Of a stretch of DNA of 64,000 nucleotides, positions 12,301-23,900 are shown piece by piece. Under the pieces are notes generated by a model, which worked only from the letters and a program-made list of their open reading frames with translations, did not search any database and was not told the origin of the DNA. The position numbers and the translations under genes are program-made. Position 1 is the first letter of the stretch; every line of letters begins with the position of its first letter. Source of the stretch: Podarcis bocagei (Eukaryota); assembly GCA_964188305.1 (NCBI GenBank), contig OZ076898.1, one strand, 5' to 3'.

Positions 12301-15300
12301 AGAATAACAGAACAAGAGATAGAGGCTGCCATTCAGAATATGCAACTGGGCAAGTCCCCAGGACCAGATGGATTGACTTCAAGATACTACAAATCGCTGA
12401 AGGAATGGCTGATTCAACCACTGAAAGAAGTCTGCAATGAGATCCTTGAGGGAAAAAAGACACCTGAATCGTGGAAAGAAGCATATATTTCACTCATACC
12501 AAAGACAGAGACTGAAAAGACTCAACTGAAGAACTACCGCCCAATATCACTACTTAATGTGGATTACAAAATCTTTGCAGACATTTTGGCAAAAAGATTT
12601 AAAAGAGTGTTGATGGAGAAGATTCATGGGGACCAAGCAGGCTTTCTCCCTAAAAGACACCTAGCAGACAATGTAAGGAATGTGATAGATATTTTGGAAA
12701 AGCTAGAGGTGAATATAAACACTAAAGCAGTATTGATCTTTGTGGACGCGGAGAAAGCCTTTGACAATATTTCTTGGAGCTTCATGATAAAGAATCTCCA
12801 TGGGATGGGGGTAGGTCAAGGTTTTGAGAATGGTATGGCCGCAATATACTCTGAACAAAAAGCTAAATTGATTGTAAATAATGTAGTGACGGAGGAACTT
12901 AAGATAGAAAAAGGAACACGACAGGGGTGTCCAATTTCCCCATTACTTTTTATCACAGTTCTGGAGGTGTTGCTGAATATGATAAGGGAAGACCAGCAGG
13001 TTAAGGGAGTGCAGGTCGGAGCTAAACATTACAAGCTAAGAGCGTTTGCAGATGACCTAGTATTGACTTTGCAAGAGCCAAACACTAGTACGAAAAAGGT
13101 TTTAGAAATAATACAACAGTTTGGCCAGGTAGCTGGATTTAAGCTGAATAAACAAAAAACCAAAGTCTTAGGAAAAAACTTAACAGAGGCAGAAAAGGAG
13201 AAGTTTCAAGAGGAGACAGGGTTGACACTGGTTAAGAAGGTGAAATATCTAGGGGTTTATTTGACATCTAAAAATGTGAATTTGTATAAAGACAACTATG
13301 AAAAATGCTGGTCGGAAATTAAAAAAGATCTAGAAATATGGTCAAATCTGAAATTGTCAATGTTAGGCCGAATTGCTGTGATCAAAATGAATGTATTGCC
13401 TAGAATGTTATTTTTGTTCCAGACCTTGCAGATCCTGGATAAGATGGAATGTTTTAAGAGGTGGCAGAAAGATATCTCGAAATTTGTCTGGCAGGGCAAA
13501 AAGCCCAGAATTAAATTTAAAATATTGACAGATGCTAAAGAAAGAGGGGGTTTTGCCCTGCCGGACTTGAAATTGTACTATGAGGCAGCAGCATTTTGCT
13601 GGCTGAAAGAATGGATGCTCCTCGAAAATACAGACATCTTAGATCTGGAAGGTTTTAACAATGCTTTTGGTTGGCATGCATATCTATGGTATGACAAAGT
13701 TAATAGTGTCTTTAAGAATCACATTGTTAGAAAAGCACTGTTTAATGTTTGGAGAAGATATAAAGATCTGTTGGAAAACAAAACCCCTAGATGGGTCTCA
13801 CCAGTGGAGGCCAAGGCAGTGAAGAAACTCAATATGGAGGTCGGATGGCCGAAGTATTGGGAAATTTTGGAACAGGATGGAGATAAGTTGAAATTGCAAA
13901 GTTATGAGAAACTGAAGCATAAGGTACAAAATTGGTTTCAATACCATCAAATAGTGGAATTTTTCAAACAGGACAGGAAAATTGGCTTCCAGATGGAAAA
14001 ATCAAAACTAGAAACTGAATTGTTAGAACCTAGTACTAAGAATTTATCTAGAATGTATAACTTGTTGCTGAAATGGAATACACAGGAGGAAACAGTCAAA
14101 TCAGCCATGATTAAGTGGGCACAGGATGTTGGTCATAACATCATGTCAGATGACTGGGAATGGTTATGGAACACCGGTATCAAATTTACGGCATGTAATG
14201 CCTTAAAGGAAAACATTATGAAAATGGTATACAGGTGGTACATGACCCCAGTCAAGCTGGCAAAAATTTATCATCTGCCCGATAACAAATGTTGGAAATG
14301 CAAAGAGACTGAAGGTACCTTCTACCACCTTTGGTGGACATGCCCGAAGATAAAGGCTTTCTGGGAAATGATCTATAATGAAATGAAAAAGGTACTTAAA
14401 TGTACCTTTCCTAAAAAACCAGAGGCCTTTCTCTTGGGCATTGTCGGCCAATTGGTGTCAAAGAAGGATAGAGCTTTTTTCATGTACGCTACAACAGCAG
14501 CAAGAATACTCATCGCAAAGCATTGGAAGACACAAGATCTACCCACTCTGGAAGAATGGCAGATGAAAGTGATGGACTATATGACATTGGCTGAGATGAC
14601 AGGCAGAATCCGTGACCAAGGAAAAGAGACAGCGGAAGAAGAATGGAGAAAATTCAAAAGTTACCTTAAGGACTATTATAAACTCAATGAATGTTAGAGT
14701 GTTTTGGTTCTTAGGAACAAAGGGATACAGTGACATAAGGTTAGAATATAGAGATGACTAAGATGACTGAGGTTGGAAAGTAACAACTGGGAGTTGCTAT
14801 AAAATTATAGACATTGGGATGCAGAAAGGGGGGGTATGGGGAAGTCCCAGAAAAGAGGTTTATGAAAATATGTTATGAATTTATACGTGTATGTTTGTTT
14901 TCTTAAGTGTTTGTCTGTTTTTTTAAAATTTGTAAAACCAATAAAAATCTTTTTTTTTTTAAAAAAAGCTCCATTTAAAACTATGCCCACAAAAGTTCAG
15001 GCATCTACTTTTAAAGTAATACATAGATGACACTGGGTTCCAGTTAAATTAAAAAGAATCAACCCAACATCTCTCCAGACTGCTAGAGAGAGTCTGGGAA
15101 AAGGGGAGGAAGTTAGCATCTATGGTGGGAATGCTACTATGTGAAGGAATTTTTAGTTGCTGTTTTTGAAAAAAATATTAAAAAATCACTAAGCAACAAA
15201 TTTTAGCCCTTAGCGCTTAATGACATCATCCACAAAGGCCCTCATTTGCTACACCAAGAACTTATAACCCTACTGCTAGAAATTGTGTGTCATTGGAGGG

Positions 15301-17161
15301 CCACAGGTTCCCTGTCCCTAGCCTACACAAAGGATTTCTTCCAGTTTCCTGGTACAGTATGCAGTCCCAAAAACATCCCCACTGCACTCTCTTTGATCTG
15401 GCTGCACCTTTCTGAAAGTCTGCTTGATATCTCCAATACCTGTAAGCAATCGCTGTGAATTAGTCCACCCATGGTATAAATTCGGTATGTTTCTGGAAAA
15501 GTACAATTTGACAGTGATGCCACTGAAGTATGGATTGTATGCTGCAAATTGTGTAAGGCCAGAAATTGGGGGCTAGGTCAATAACATACCAAGGATGTGG
15601 TCTGAAGACCCATAGTGCAGCACACTTTCTAAAGCTAAGCAGGACTGGCCCTAGTCAGTGTCTGGATGCAACAAGCTCTGGGACCCCATACACAGCACCC
15701 ACGAGCAAACTGCAAAAATGTATTAAGAAAGTGGATTCCTGGGCTGCAGGGAAAAGTAATGCAAACTCACCCATAAAACCAATGCCGAAAGAGAGAACGA
15801 CAACTGGATCCTTTCCCCATGCATTTTTCAGAAATGGGATAATTTCTGTGGGATAATGAAGTATGCACACTTATTAGAACTGTTTTGAATACTTGCTTCT
15901 CTGACAATGTTTGGAGGCCTAATAAGTTAGAACAGGGGAAGGCTATCAGAGTATTTGGGAGGATAGGAATTTTTCGCATCTAATATTTGCTTGCCCCTGC
16001 AGCTTACCAACATGGCAGGACCAGCATCTCCTTTTAAAAAACAGTGTCTTCTTGCTAGTGCCAAAGTAGGGAGTTGGCTTGTGCAGGCAGATCTACAAAG
16101 AACAGACTTTGGGCATTTTTTACTCATAATTTAAGAGGGTTGGGAACCAGGAGTTGAACGAGGCACTAATTAGTGAGCAGATCTGTCATTCAGCGCCTCA
16201 CTTTTCCCATCTGAAAAATTGAAACAACAGTGGCGTACACTTAAGACTGTAATAATAGAGGCTCTGTTCCAGGTACCCCAACTTTTCTAAGGTGGTGACC
16301 AGAGTTGGGGCCTTTTCTATGTAGGCACTGCATCTTTGGAACAACTAGATACTTGCTTGGTGCCTACACGCGAGATGAACACTTTTATTTCCCCGGAGCT
16401 ATTCTTGCTCCTGCTTCCAAGGTTTGCTCTTGGTTTTTCTGATCATTTATAATAGTTAGACACATTATTAATGGGAAAGCTGAGACATATTTTTTTTAAG
16501 TAAGTAAAAATAATGGATGCACAGTGGAACCTTAGGAAAATCTATTCAGAAGTAAGTCCCACCAAGTTCAATGAGGCTTAACCCCTGGTAAGTGTGAAAG
16601 GGGTTGCCACCACACTTGGCTCACAACATAGCTGAGAGAACAGGTTTTGTAACGTGTCTTGTGCTCAGGACTGAGTGGGCACCCACAGGTCGCTTTTCCT
16701 TCATTAGGGGTTTAAAAGCAGAGGGAAGGTGGCTATCAGAAATGTTTCTGTAGCGGATTTTCAGTATCTGCAATGGGTTGAGCTAGATGCCTCTTGTGGT
16801 CCCTTCCAACACTATGGTCGTGGTAGACTGAAAATACAGAGTACTCGTGTACCACCGGGCAACCCTCCCCCGTGCACACAGTTTGCGCGTGCCCTAAAGA
16901 CTCCGCCACGTTCCTTCTCCACCGACCCACTTAAGAAGGTCATCCTCATAACAATTTGAACGTCCTTGTTTATCTTTACAACCCGCCCAAAAACGGATCC
17001 CCACTTAACACTCATTGCCATAACCCTGGCTCCCTCTAGCAAAGGGGGAAACCCCTCCACGAACCCCGCGCCACTCAAAAGACACGGACCCGCCAGCCGA
17101 ATAAGTAGGGAGAAAAGGAAAAAGAGACACAGTTGGGGCACTTACTGCTCAGCGCCGCCAT
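9322..17161 (-). CDS. NDUFA3: NADH dehydrogenase (ubiquinone) 1 alpha subcomplex subunit 3, 86 aa
   Basis: Exons 17161-17146, 15845-15771, 10287-10210 and 9413-9322 give [86 protein letters not shown]. Canonical splice sites; 75/78-nt internal exons as in mammals. Confidence 0.97.
10918..11403. mobile_element. Young GC/CpG-rich hAT (Charlie-like) MITE
   Basis: Perfect 15-bp TIRs CAGTGTTTCCCAACC / GGTTGGGAAACACTG and perfect 8-bp TSD TACTAGAT (10910-10917, 11404-11411). Confidence 0.92.
11552..11790. mobile_element. Penelope-like element terminal fragment in inverted-repeat form
   Basis: About 90-bp inverted arms (~11550-11640 and 11663-11753), 13-bp flanking duplication CTAGCATTTATAA (11539-11551, 11791-11803), and a hammerhead core typical of Penelope pLTRs. 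Confidence 0.75.
11603..11640 (-). ncRNA. Minimal type I hammerhead ribozyme motif (Penelope-associated)
   Basis: Minus strand reads GTAT-CTGAAGA-A-GTGTGCATGCACAC-GAAA-GC-TC-ATAC: helix I GTAT/ATAC, CUGANGA and GAAA core, palindromic helix II, minimal palindromic helix III, UC cleavage site. A second copy on + (11663-11700) has a C>T change in helix II. Confidence 0.65.
11881..14697 (+). CDS. L1 ORF2 reverse transcriptase remnant, 938 aa (start codon supplied by flanking DNA)
   Basis: ORF track plus RT motifs. The first ~15 codons lie outside or within the 5' TSD, so this is not a native ORF2 start; expression unproven. Confidence 0.6.
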   Translation: MRRTNALWGKAPFKTKLRVKPKSQEILREIKLYQSQYMELMNLEIEWKIKQMKQKTFESANKCGKLLAWQLKKRQKLNTVTSLEVDGKNISKPNEIRNCFLSYFKKLYTQGPQNEEDIDKFLDKYGLQKISHQNKMDLNQRITEQEIEAAIQNMQLGKSPGPDGLTSRYYKSLKEWLIQPLKEVCNEILEGKKTPESWKEAYISLIPKTETEKTQLKNYRPISLLNVDYKIFADILAKRFKRVLMEKIHGDQAGFLPKRHLADNVRNVIDILEKLEVNINTKAVLIFVDAEKAFDNISWSFMIKNLHGMGVGQGFENGMAAIYSEQKAKLIVNNVVTEELKIEKGTRQGCPISPLLFITVLEVLLNMIREDQQVKGVQVGAKHYKLRAFADDLVLTLQEPNTSTKKVLEIIQQFGQVAGFKLNKQKTKVLGKNLTEAEKEKFQEETGLTLVKKVKYLGVYLTSKNVNLYKDNYEKCWSEIKKDLEIWSNLKLSMLGRIAVIKMNVLPRMLFLFQTLQILDKMECFKRWQKDISKFVWQGKKPRIKFKILTDAKERGGFALPDLKLYYEAAAFCWLKEWMLLENTDILDLEGFNNAFGWHAYLWYDKVNSVFKNHIVRKALFNVWRRYKDLLENKTPRWVSPVEAKAVKKLNMEVGWPKYWEILEQDGDKLKLQSYEKLKHKVQNWFQYHQIVEFFKQDRKIGFQMEKSKLETELLEPSTKNLSRMYNLLLKWNTQEETVKSAMIKWAQDVGHNIMSDDWEWLWNTGIKFTACNALKENIMKMVYRWYMTPVKLAKIYHLPDNKCWKCKETEGTFYHLWWTCPKIKAFWEMIYNEMKKVLKCTFPKKPEAFLLGIVGQLVSKKDRAFFMYATTAARILIAKHWKTQDLPTLEEWQMKVMDYMTLAEMTGRIRDQGKETAEEEWRKFKSYLKDYYKLNEC
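11927..14964 (+). mobile_element. Recent 5'-truncated L1 LINE (RT domain, C-terminal CCHC, 3'UTR, polyA signal)
   Basis: Stop-free ORF2 to 14697 with [44 protein letters not shown] and CWKC-x8-H-x4-C. No endonuclease domain or ORF1. AATAAA at 14939; 19-bp TSD AAAGCTCCATTTAAAACTA at 11908-11926 and 14965-14983. Confidence 0.95.
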
Positions 17162-17215
17162 CTTGAAAGGAAAGCGGAGGAGGCGCAACGCATTGTGGGA
17201 ATTGTAGTTTTATAG

Positions 17216-17283
<68 letters not shown>

Positions 17284-17720
17284 GCCCTGCATTTCCAATG
17301 TGATTTTGCACCCTTTAATAATACTTATTATTGTTATTATTATTATCGCTACTTTGTTTCTTTCAAACTGTTATAACCTGTTTCTCTTCGACAAGACTGG
17401 ACGTTTGCAATACTGTACAGGATAATGCACGCCGGCTTTTTGTCGTTAATGGATTTCTTACATCTCCGGACGTTTTCATGCAGGTGTTTGCTTGGGGTTG
17501 TAATATGAATGGAGAACACGAGCGGCGTGCAATGTTACAATAGTTCAAACCCTCGGCTCCCCCGCCCCGCGTTTCTTTGCTGCAGTGCGTTCACACGTGC
17601 ACATGAATAACGCCAGACGGCCAATCACGTCATCCTGAAGGTGCTTTGCTAGGGAGAAGAAGGCATAGGGGATTTCTTTTCACTTGGTGCACGTTTGCCC
17701 TTTAGTGGCTGGCTGTGAAT
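17150..17720. promoter_or_regulatory. NDUFA3 CpG-rich promoter
   Basis: YY1 motif GCCGCCATCTT over the ATG (17154-17164), ZNF143/THAP11-type motif ACTACAATTCCCACAATGC on - (17190-17208), E-box CACGTG near 17594, CCAAT plus CACGTCA near 17620. Confidence 0.75.
17218..17279. repeat. (CT)n microsatellite, about 31 units
   Basis: Direct reading. Confidence 0.98.
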
Positions 17721-18031
17721 CCAGGTGGCTAGAAATGCATACACACATCCCAAAAATCCTGGGAACTGTGGTATGTTAGGGGTGCTGGGAAATGTAGCTT
17801 TGTGAGGGGTAAACTACAGGCCCCCAGATTCTTTTGCAGGGGGTGGGAGATGTGCTTTAAATGTACGGTGTGTCAGCTGCAGAGAAACCCTGCTGAAGTT
17901 AATAAACTTAAGTTAATCACATTCATTGGTTTCAATAGGCCTGTTCTTGTGTTGGCTTAGATACAACCCAATGGGCATTTGACTGATGGCAGGTGGGGGG
18001 GGGGAGGCAAGTAGCGGAGTCAGATGCTATA

Positions 18032-18257
18032 CAGTGATACCTCAGGTTAAGTACTTAATTCGTTCCGGATGTCCATTCTTAACCTGAAACTGTTCTTAAC
18101 CTGAGGTACCACTTTAGCTAATGGGGCCTCCTGCTGCTGCTGTGCTGCCGGAGCATGATTTCTGTTCTCATCCTGAAGCAAAGTTCTTAACCCGAGGTAC
18201 TATTTCTGGGTCAGTGGAGTCTGTAACCTGAAGTGTATGTAACCCGAGGTACCACTA
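18032..18257. mobile_element. Tc1/mariner (Tigger-like) MITE
   Basis: TIRs CAGTGATACCTCAGGTTA / TAACCCGAGGTACCACTA, TA flanks; same family as 24320-24561. Confidence 0.85.
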
Positions 18258-19930
18258 TACTTTCTTTGAATGGCCTGAAAAATGTGAAGTTGCATGACAT
18301 TATCATTGCTAATGTATCGGGAATTATTTGATGACTTAAAAGAAAAAAGTTGCAACAGGAAACTCTGTCCCAGAGCATGTGCAGAGTATATTTCCCTGAC
18401 CACTACACAATCCGCTTTACAGCCCTGGGGACAGGTTGAGCTGTGGGTGTCACATCCTTTTTAAAAATTTGTCTCTGAACTTCTCTGCAATTAACCATTC
18501 GGGGACAATTTCCTTCCAAATAGCGATATTTCCACCTCCTCTGTCAATGCCAAAGACACTGGCAGCCCTACTAACACACTGGCAGCTGCTTCCTTTTGAG
18601 TCACCTCAGGGACTTTCTGGGTCTAAGATAAGGAAGCTTTCGACCTTGTTTGACCGCAAAACTCCAGTTTTTGACCTACTGTCACGTTCAGTTCCCCTTT
18701 GAAATGACCAGTCTGTTGGATAAAAATATTCTATTCTACAGGGGTATATTCTAGAGGCAAACAAAACGGGGGCGGGTGGGGGATCTTTTTCAGCTAGTAG
18801 GTCACATTCCCTTCAGAACAAACTTCTGTTCTGAGGGCCACATGCTAGTGGTGGATAGGGCCCGAGACCAAAGGCGGCGGGGAGCAACCATCTTAAAGGA
18901 AGCTAGTTTCTATACGCACACATGCCTCCCTTTCTATTACTCATCCATTATGAGATTTGCCAGTTCAGGCAAAACCACTTGGGAAGGGAGACAGATACTG
19001 AGAGAGTCTACATTTTGCATCTTGAGAGCTCTGCTGCTGTTTGCCAGATGTGTTGTACAGCTGGCTCAAGTAACCAAGAGGCCCTTCCTTATTATCACTT
19101 TATTTATTCCCAGGTTGAAGGCCTGGTCTGGCGCCCAGCCATTAGGCAAACTCCAAGTTTGATATGTGACATGCTTCATAACACGTTTGATATTGTTACA
19201 TGCTGCCATAGTCTCCACCAATGGCTGCATGGGGTTTGTGTTTCCTTCAGAAAATTGGGCACAAGGGAGGCTATAGTGTTTTATTATTATATATGGATTA
19301 TACACACACACACACACACACAACCTGAAACTGTCGCTGGAGGAGCTCACAGCTACAAAACGGCAACAAAACATTGGCTGGCAGAAGTTGGGAACGGATC
19401 CCAAATTCTGGGGTTTGTAGTTAATGAAGTTACCCCTGGTCTGAATATCAATTACTCAGTTGTGGGGGCGCTATAAACTGTGGGGTTTGAAATGACTATA
19501 AAACATTGACACAGGTTTGGAGTGACTTGGACAATGTTGGATTTCTGGGTGTTAACTACAAACCCCCATTTGATATTTGTTGAGCGAAACAAAATACATG
19601 GATCGTTCTACAAAATGATTACAAAACCCTACAAAAGTTTGGAGAGGATCCCAAATGTTGGGGTTCATAGTTAATGATGCTCTCTCTGCCTCCTGGTTAC
19701 ATTACTTCCCCCCTGCTTTGTTTACAGAGGGAGGACCCCATTTATTTGCATTCTAACACCCAAGTTTGCACGACTTCATTAGCACTTGTCAAATTAGCTA
19801 GGATTACACTGTCCAATACACAACCCAGGAAGTGTGCCTACTTAACTAGCTTTTACGTGTACTAATAACACAAGCTTATCGGTGGGTCCATCACACCTCT
19901 TACTACCCCAATGCACACTTGGGTCTAGCT

Positions 19931-20165
19931 CCTTGGTTCCCAACGTGGGGCACACGCCTCACAGTGGGGCAATTTGATTTTTAGGGGGGCAGCAATTTGA
20001 GAAAGAGTTATTAACAGTTCGTGGCCTTTTAGGCTTCCTCCACATGAATAGGAGTTTACTTTTTGAATAATAAGAATTACAGTACATGTCACGGTGGGGG
20101 GCGGGGAATCAGGATTTTAGAGATGCTTAGGTGGGGCATAGCCAAAAAAAGGTTGGGAACCACTG
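19931..20165. mobile_element. hAT MITE
   Basis: TIRs CCTTGGTTCCCAAC / GTTGGGAACCACTG; near-perfect 8-bp TSD GTCTAGCT / TTCTAGCT. Confidence 0.75.
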
Positions 20166-20935
20166 TTCTAGCTATTTTCCAGTTCTAACATACCAGTTCC
20201 AATTAAATTCTAACATTTATTAAATACAAGCATTTAGCACCCACAGATCTATAATGAAATATGAAAGTCGGTGTGTGTACATAGGTAGGCATGATTTTAT
20301 TTTTAGATAGCAGTCCATACTGCATTGTGTGAGCAAAAGTTGGCAATAGTGTGCACAAAGGCAGAACAAGATATTTGTTGAAAGCAGACTGCTGCCAAGA
20401 TGTTGCCTTCAGGGATGTGCAGCTGTGCTGTATAAAGCTACCTTGAAGCAGAAGCAAGTTGGGGAGGAGGATACTGCAGCTCCAGAAAGGAGCCAGTGTA
20501 CTTTTACTGAATCTCTGGCTTCCAATTTTTTGCTGCCTCTAGGCCACACAAACCACACACTTAAAGCACTTCAAACAGTCATGGCTTCCCCCAAATAATT
20601 CTGGGTGCTAAAGTTTGTTAAGGGTGCTGACAGTAGTCCGGAGGCCCCTATTCCCTGCAGACAACTACCATTTCCAGAGTTCCCTGTGAAGAGGAATTGA
20701 CTGTTAAACCACTCTGAGAATTATACCCCTGTCTTTAGAGCAACTGAAAACATCAAACAATAAGCCATTTATTGCTGCCTTTGTCAGAAAGGGAACTGTC
20801 CTTTTCCTTTTCTCTCTCTCTACCCCAACCCAACATTATGACTGATGATGGATCATCATTTCCTGGGCATCATATTTATATACTGGGATGTCCAGACACT
20901 CGAATTCTTATTTGAAGGCTCTGCGTGTTTTAAGG

Positions 20936-23900
20936 ATGCCTGTTACTCTCTCCTTCTTACTGCTTACGATCTGTGAGTATAGTTGAGCTCAGTGGGGTGG
21001 GAAGTATCTATTCAGCTGGTAAAATCAGAGGGGCATTGAATTCTGGGACTGCAGCAGCATCAGCAAGGAGAAGAGAAGTGGCTAGGGCTATCTGAAGATG
21101 TTTCTTGCTGCCTGATGAAACCCGGGTGGGTGGGTAGTTAGATGAGAGCGAGGATTTGAGTTGCATAGACACCATGCTTTAAAGCGCATTCAAAGCCCAC
21201 ATGCCTCAAAGAATCCTGGGAACTGTAGACATGGGATCTTGAATCAGCATTCCTGGGTTTTGGCAGTCGGCCCTTCTCTCTTTCAGCCCTGCCAAAGCCC
21301 TCTATCTTCTGGCTCCAGGCTCCGGATGCAGATGAGAAGCACCACCTCCGATGTACGGCTCAAGGGGCATATTTTGGCAGCTGGTTCTACCTGTACCAGG
21401 GAGGGAGCCCGGAGGCCGTGGCTGAAAAGAAAGCCTTGCCCACCCAATCCGAAGTGACCTTTGAGGTACACAACTTTGGGCCCAGGGACCAATTCCGCTG
21501 CAGCTATGAGATCTGGGAGGCAGGGAAGCCCATTCGCTCTCCGCTCAGCAGCCCTGCAAACATCACAGAGGGTAAGTGTTGGGCCGTACAACTCAATGAC
21601 CATGCTAGGAAGGTCATGCGCAATAATAGGCCCAAAGTGGTGCAGGAGGGTTGGTGTGAGAACCAGTGGGACTGGGACTGGTCCAGGAATAGGACTTTAT
21701 GGTAGTGAAGGACTTAGGGCAATGATGCTGGCCTTTAGCAAGGATGAGGAACCTGTGGCTCTCCCAACATTGTTGGATTCCATCAGTCAGGATCTTGAGC
21801 TTGATGGAGATGACACCCTATGAGGAAGGCTGATGAGAAGGGGTTGATTTTTTTTTGAACACTTGTTATGATTATTTAGGCTTGCCATATGTCAGGAAAA
21901 TTCTTTTTTTCGAGAGTAAAAATAGCATCAGGGGGATTTTACCGAATCTGCAATGTCAGGGAAAACCTGTATGTATGGCAACGTGAAGGAAAAAGCAACA
22001 GAAACAGCTCCAAAAGCTGAAAATCACTATTTTGGGGGGAGGTTTCCCTAAAAAAGCTCAACAACAAGGGTTTGTTCCCAAAAAGCTGAACAATTTTGGG
22101 TCTTCCTTAAAAAAAGGTCAACTTACTTTGTGAGTGTCAGGAATATAGCAACCCTAGGATTGCTTATACTATACCTTATACTTACATGATCAAGCTGCTA
22201 TGAAATGTGTGCACTTTTAACTTTTAGCATTTGCAAATCATTTGTACACTTTACAGTATAGCTCTATTTGTTACTATGTATTTTATAACATATGTTCAAG
22301 CTTCTGGTCACTATGGAAACATAAACATTTAAGACTCTATGAAATTTTCACATACATTGCTAGTTTTTGTACCATTTGGTATGGTCCTGCCAAGCAGCAG
22401 CTGCTGGTTATATTATTGTTGACATGCAATTGCACTGGAATGTGCATTATATTTGTAATTAATTGATATCTTTAATGATTGATAGTTCATTTTATGATGG
22501 CTTTAAAATGTTGCAATGTTCATATAATCACACAGAGTTATTTGCTGGATTGTCATACTATATTTTGAAGTGATTTAGTATTTGAGCTATTCTAAACATA
22601 TACTGTACTGATTTGCATTTTTGTTGTTCTCCTGCAAGCTGCTTTGAGCACATTTATAATATAAATCTAAATAATAAACAGACAAGCACACAAAGGCAGT
22701 GTGTTTGAACCCCTTCTCTTTACAAAGGTTTGTCGCTACTGTTTTTAATGTTGTAATTTTGCAAACACACTATATACCTTTAAAGCACATTCAAAGCACG
22801 TTCTTAACCTCCAAGAATTCTGGGCACCTTAGTTTACTGCTTACAGAGTTACAATTCCCAGCACCCTTAACAAACTACAGTGCCCAGACTTCTCTGAGGG
22901 TGTGTGTGTTTCAAACATGCTTTAAAGGTATAGTGTGTATAGTGGTACCTTGGTTCTCAAACTTAATCTGTTCTGGAAGTCTGTTCCAAAACCAAAGTGT
23001 TCCAAAACCAAGGCGCACTTTCCCATAGAAAATAATGCAAAACGGATTAATCCGTTCCAGACTTTTAAAACCAACCAATTTAACATGAATTTTACTATCT
23101 AACAAGACCATTGATCCATAAAATGGAAGCAATAATCAGTGCACTGCACTATAAGATAAATATGACAGTATTGTAGATGATAAAAATTAAAATTATCCCC
23201 CCCCCTTACCTGCACTGATGATAGTCATTGTTTGGATGGGGGGGGCGGGCTTTTATCCATTTCCACAGTCACACAATCAATCAATCAATCAGTAGCTGAA
23301 CTGGGTTCCACAAAGTCACAAAAACAACTTAACTGAAAAAGCATCAAAAACAAAAACGCAAAATAAACAGCAAAAACAAAAGCACCAAATTCAATCCATT
23401 CTGGAAGTCTGCCTGACTTTTGAAATGTTCAAAAACAAGGTGCAGCTTCTGATTGGTGCAGGCGCCCTGGAAACAATAGCCAACAACCGCATCGGATGTT
23501 CGGCTTCCAAAAAACATTTGTTAACCGGAACACTTACTTCCGGGTTTTTGGCGTTTGGGAACCAAGGTACCACTGTATGCCACTTGTGTATTTTGATATG
23601 AATTGGTTTTTGCTGTTTCATGGGGAATGTTTTAAAAATGATATTGATGTTTTTTCCGGCCACCTTGTATTACTATGCAAAAAGAAGCAACCTACAGTAT
23701 TATTATTTTTATTAACAGCAGAGAATAAGGTCTGAGGCTCAGTAAACAGCTTTTCTCTCCCCCTCACAGACCATTACCCCAAGCCATCCATCTCTGCGAG
23801 TCCCAGTACTGAGGTCCTTGCAGGGCAGGACTGGACTGTCTGTTGTCAGGCTCCATTGCTAGGGGTCAACTTTGTCCTCTACCAGGCCAGGGACTTTCGG

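Larger units (their letters stand above)
10690..15300 (+). mobile_element. Old degenerate L1-type ORF2 3' fossil, interrupted by three younger insertions
   Basis: Removing the insertions and one copy of each TSD restores KRMLSSIYK|[25 protein letters not shown]...LWGKAPFKT|[25 protein letters not shown]...[12 protein letters not shown], the C-terminal region of L1 ORF2, with stops and frameshifts. Ends approximate. Confidence 0.7.
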
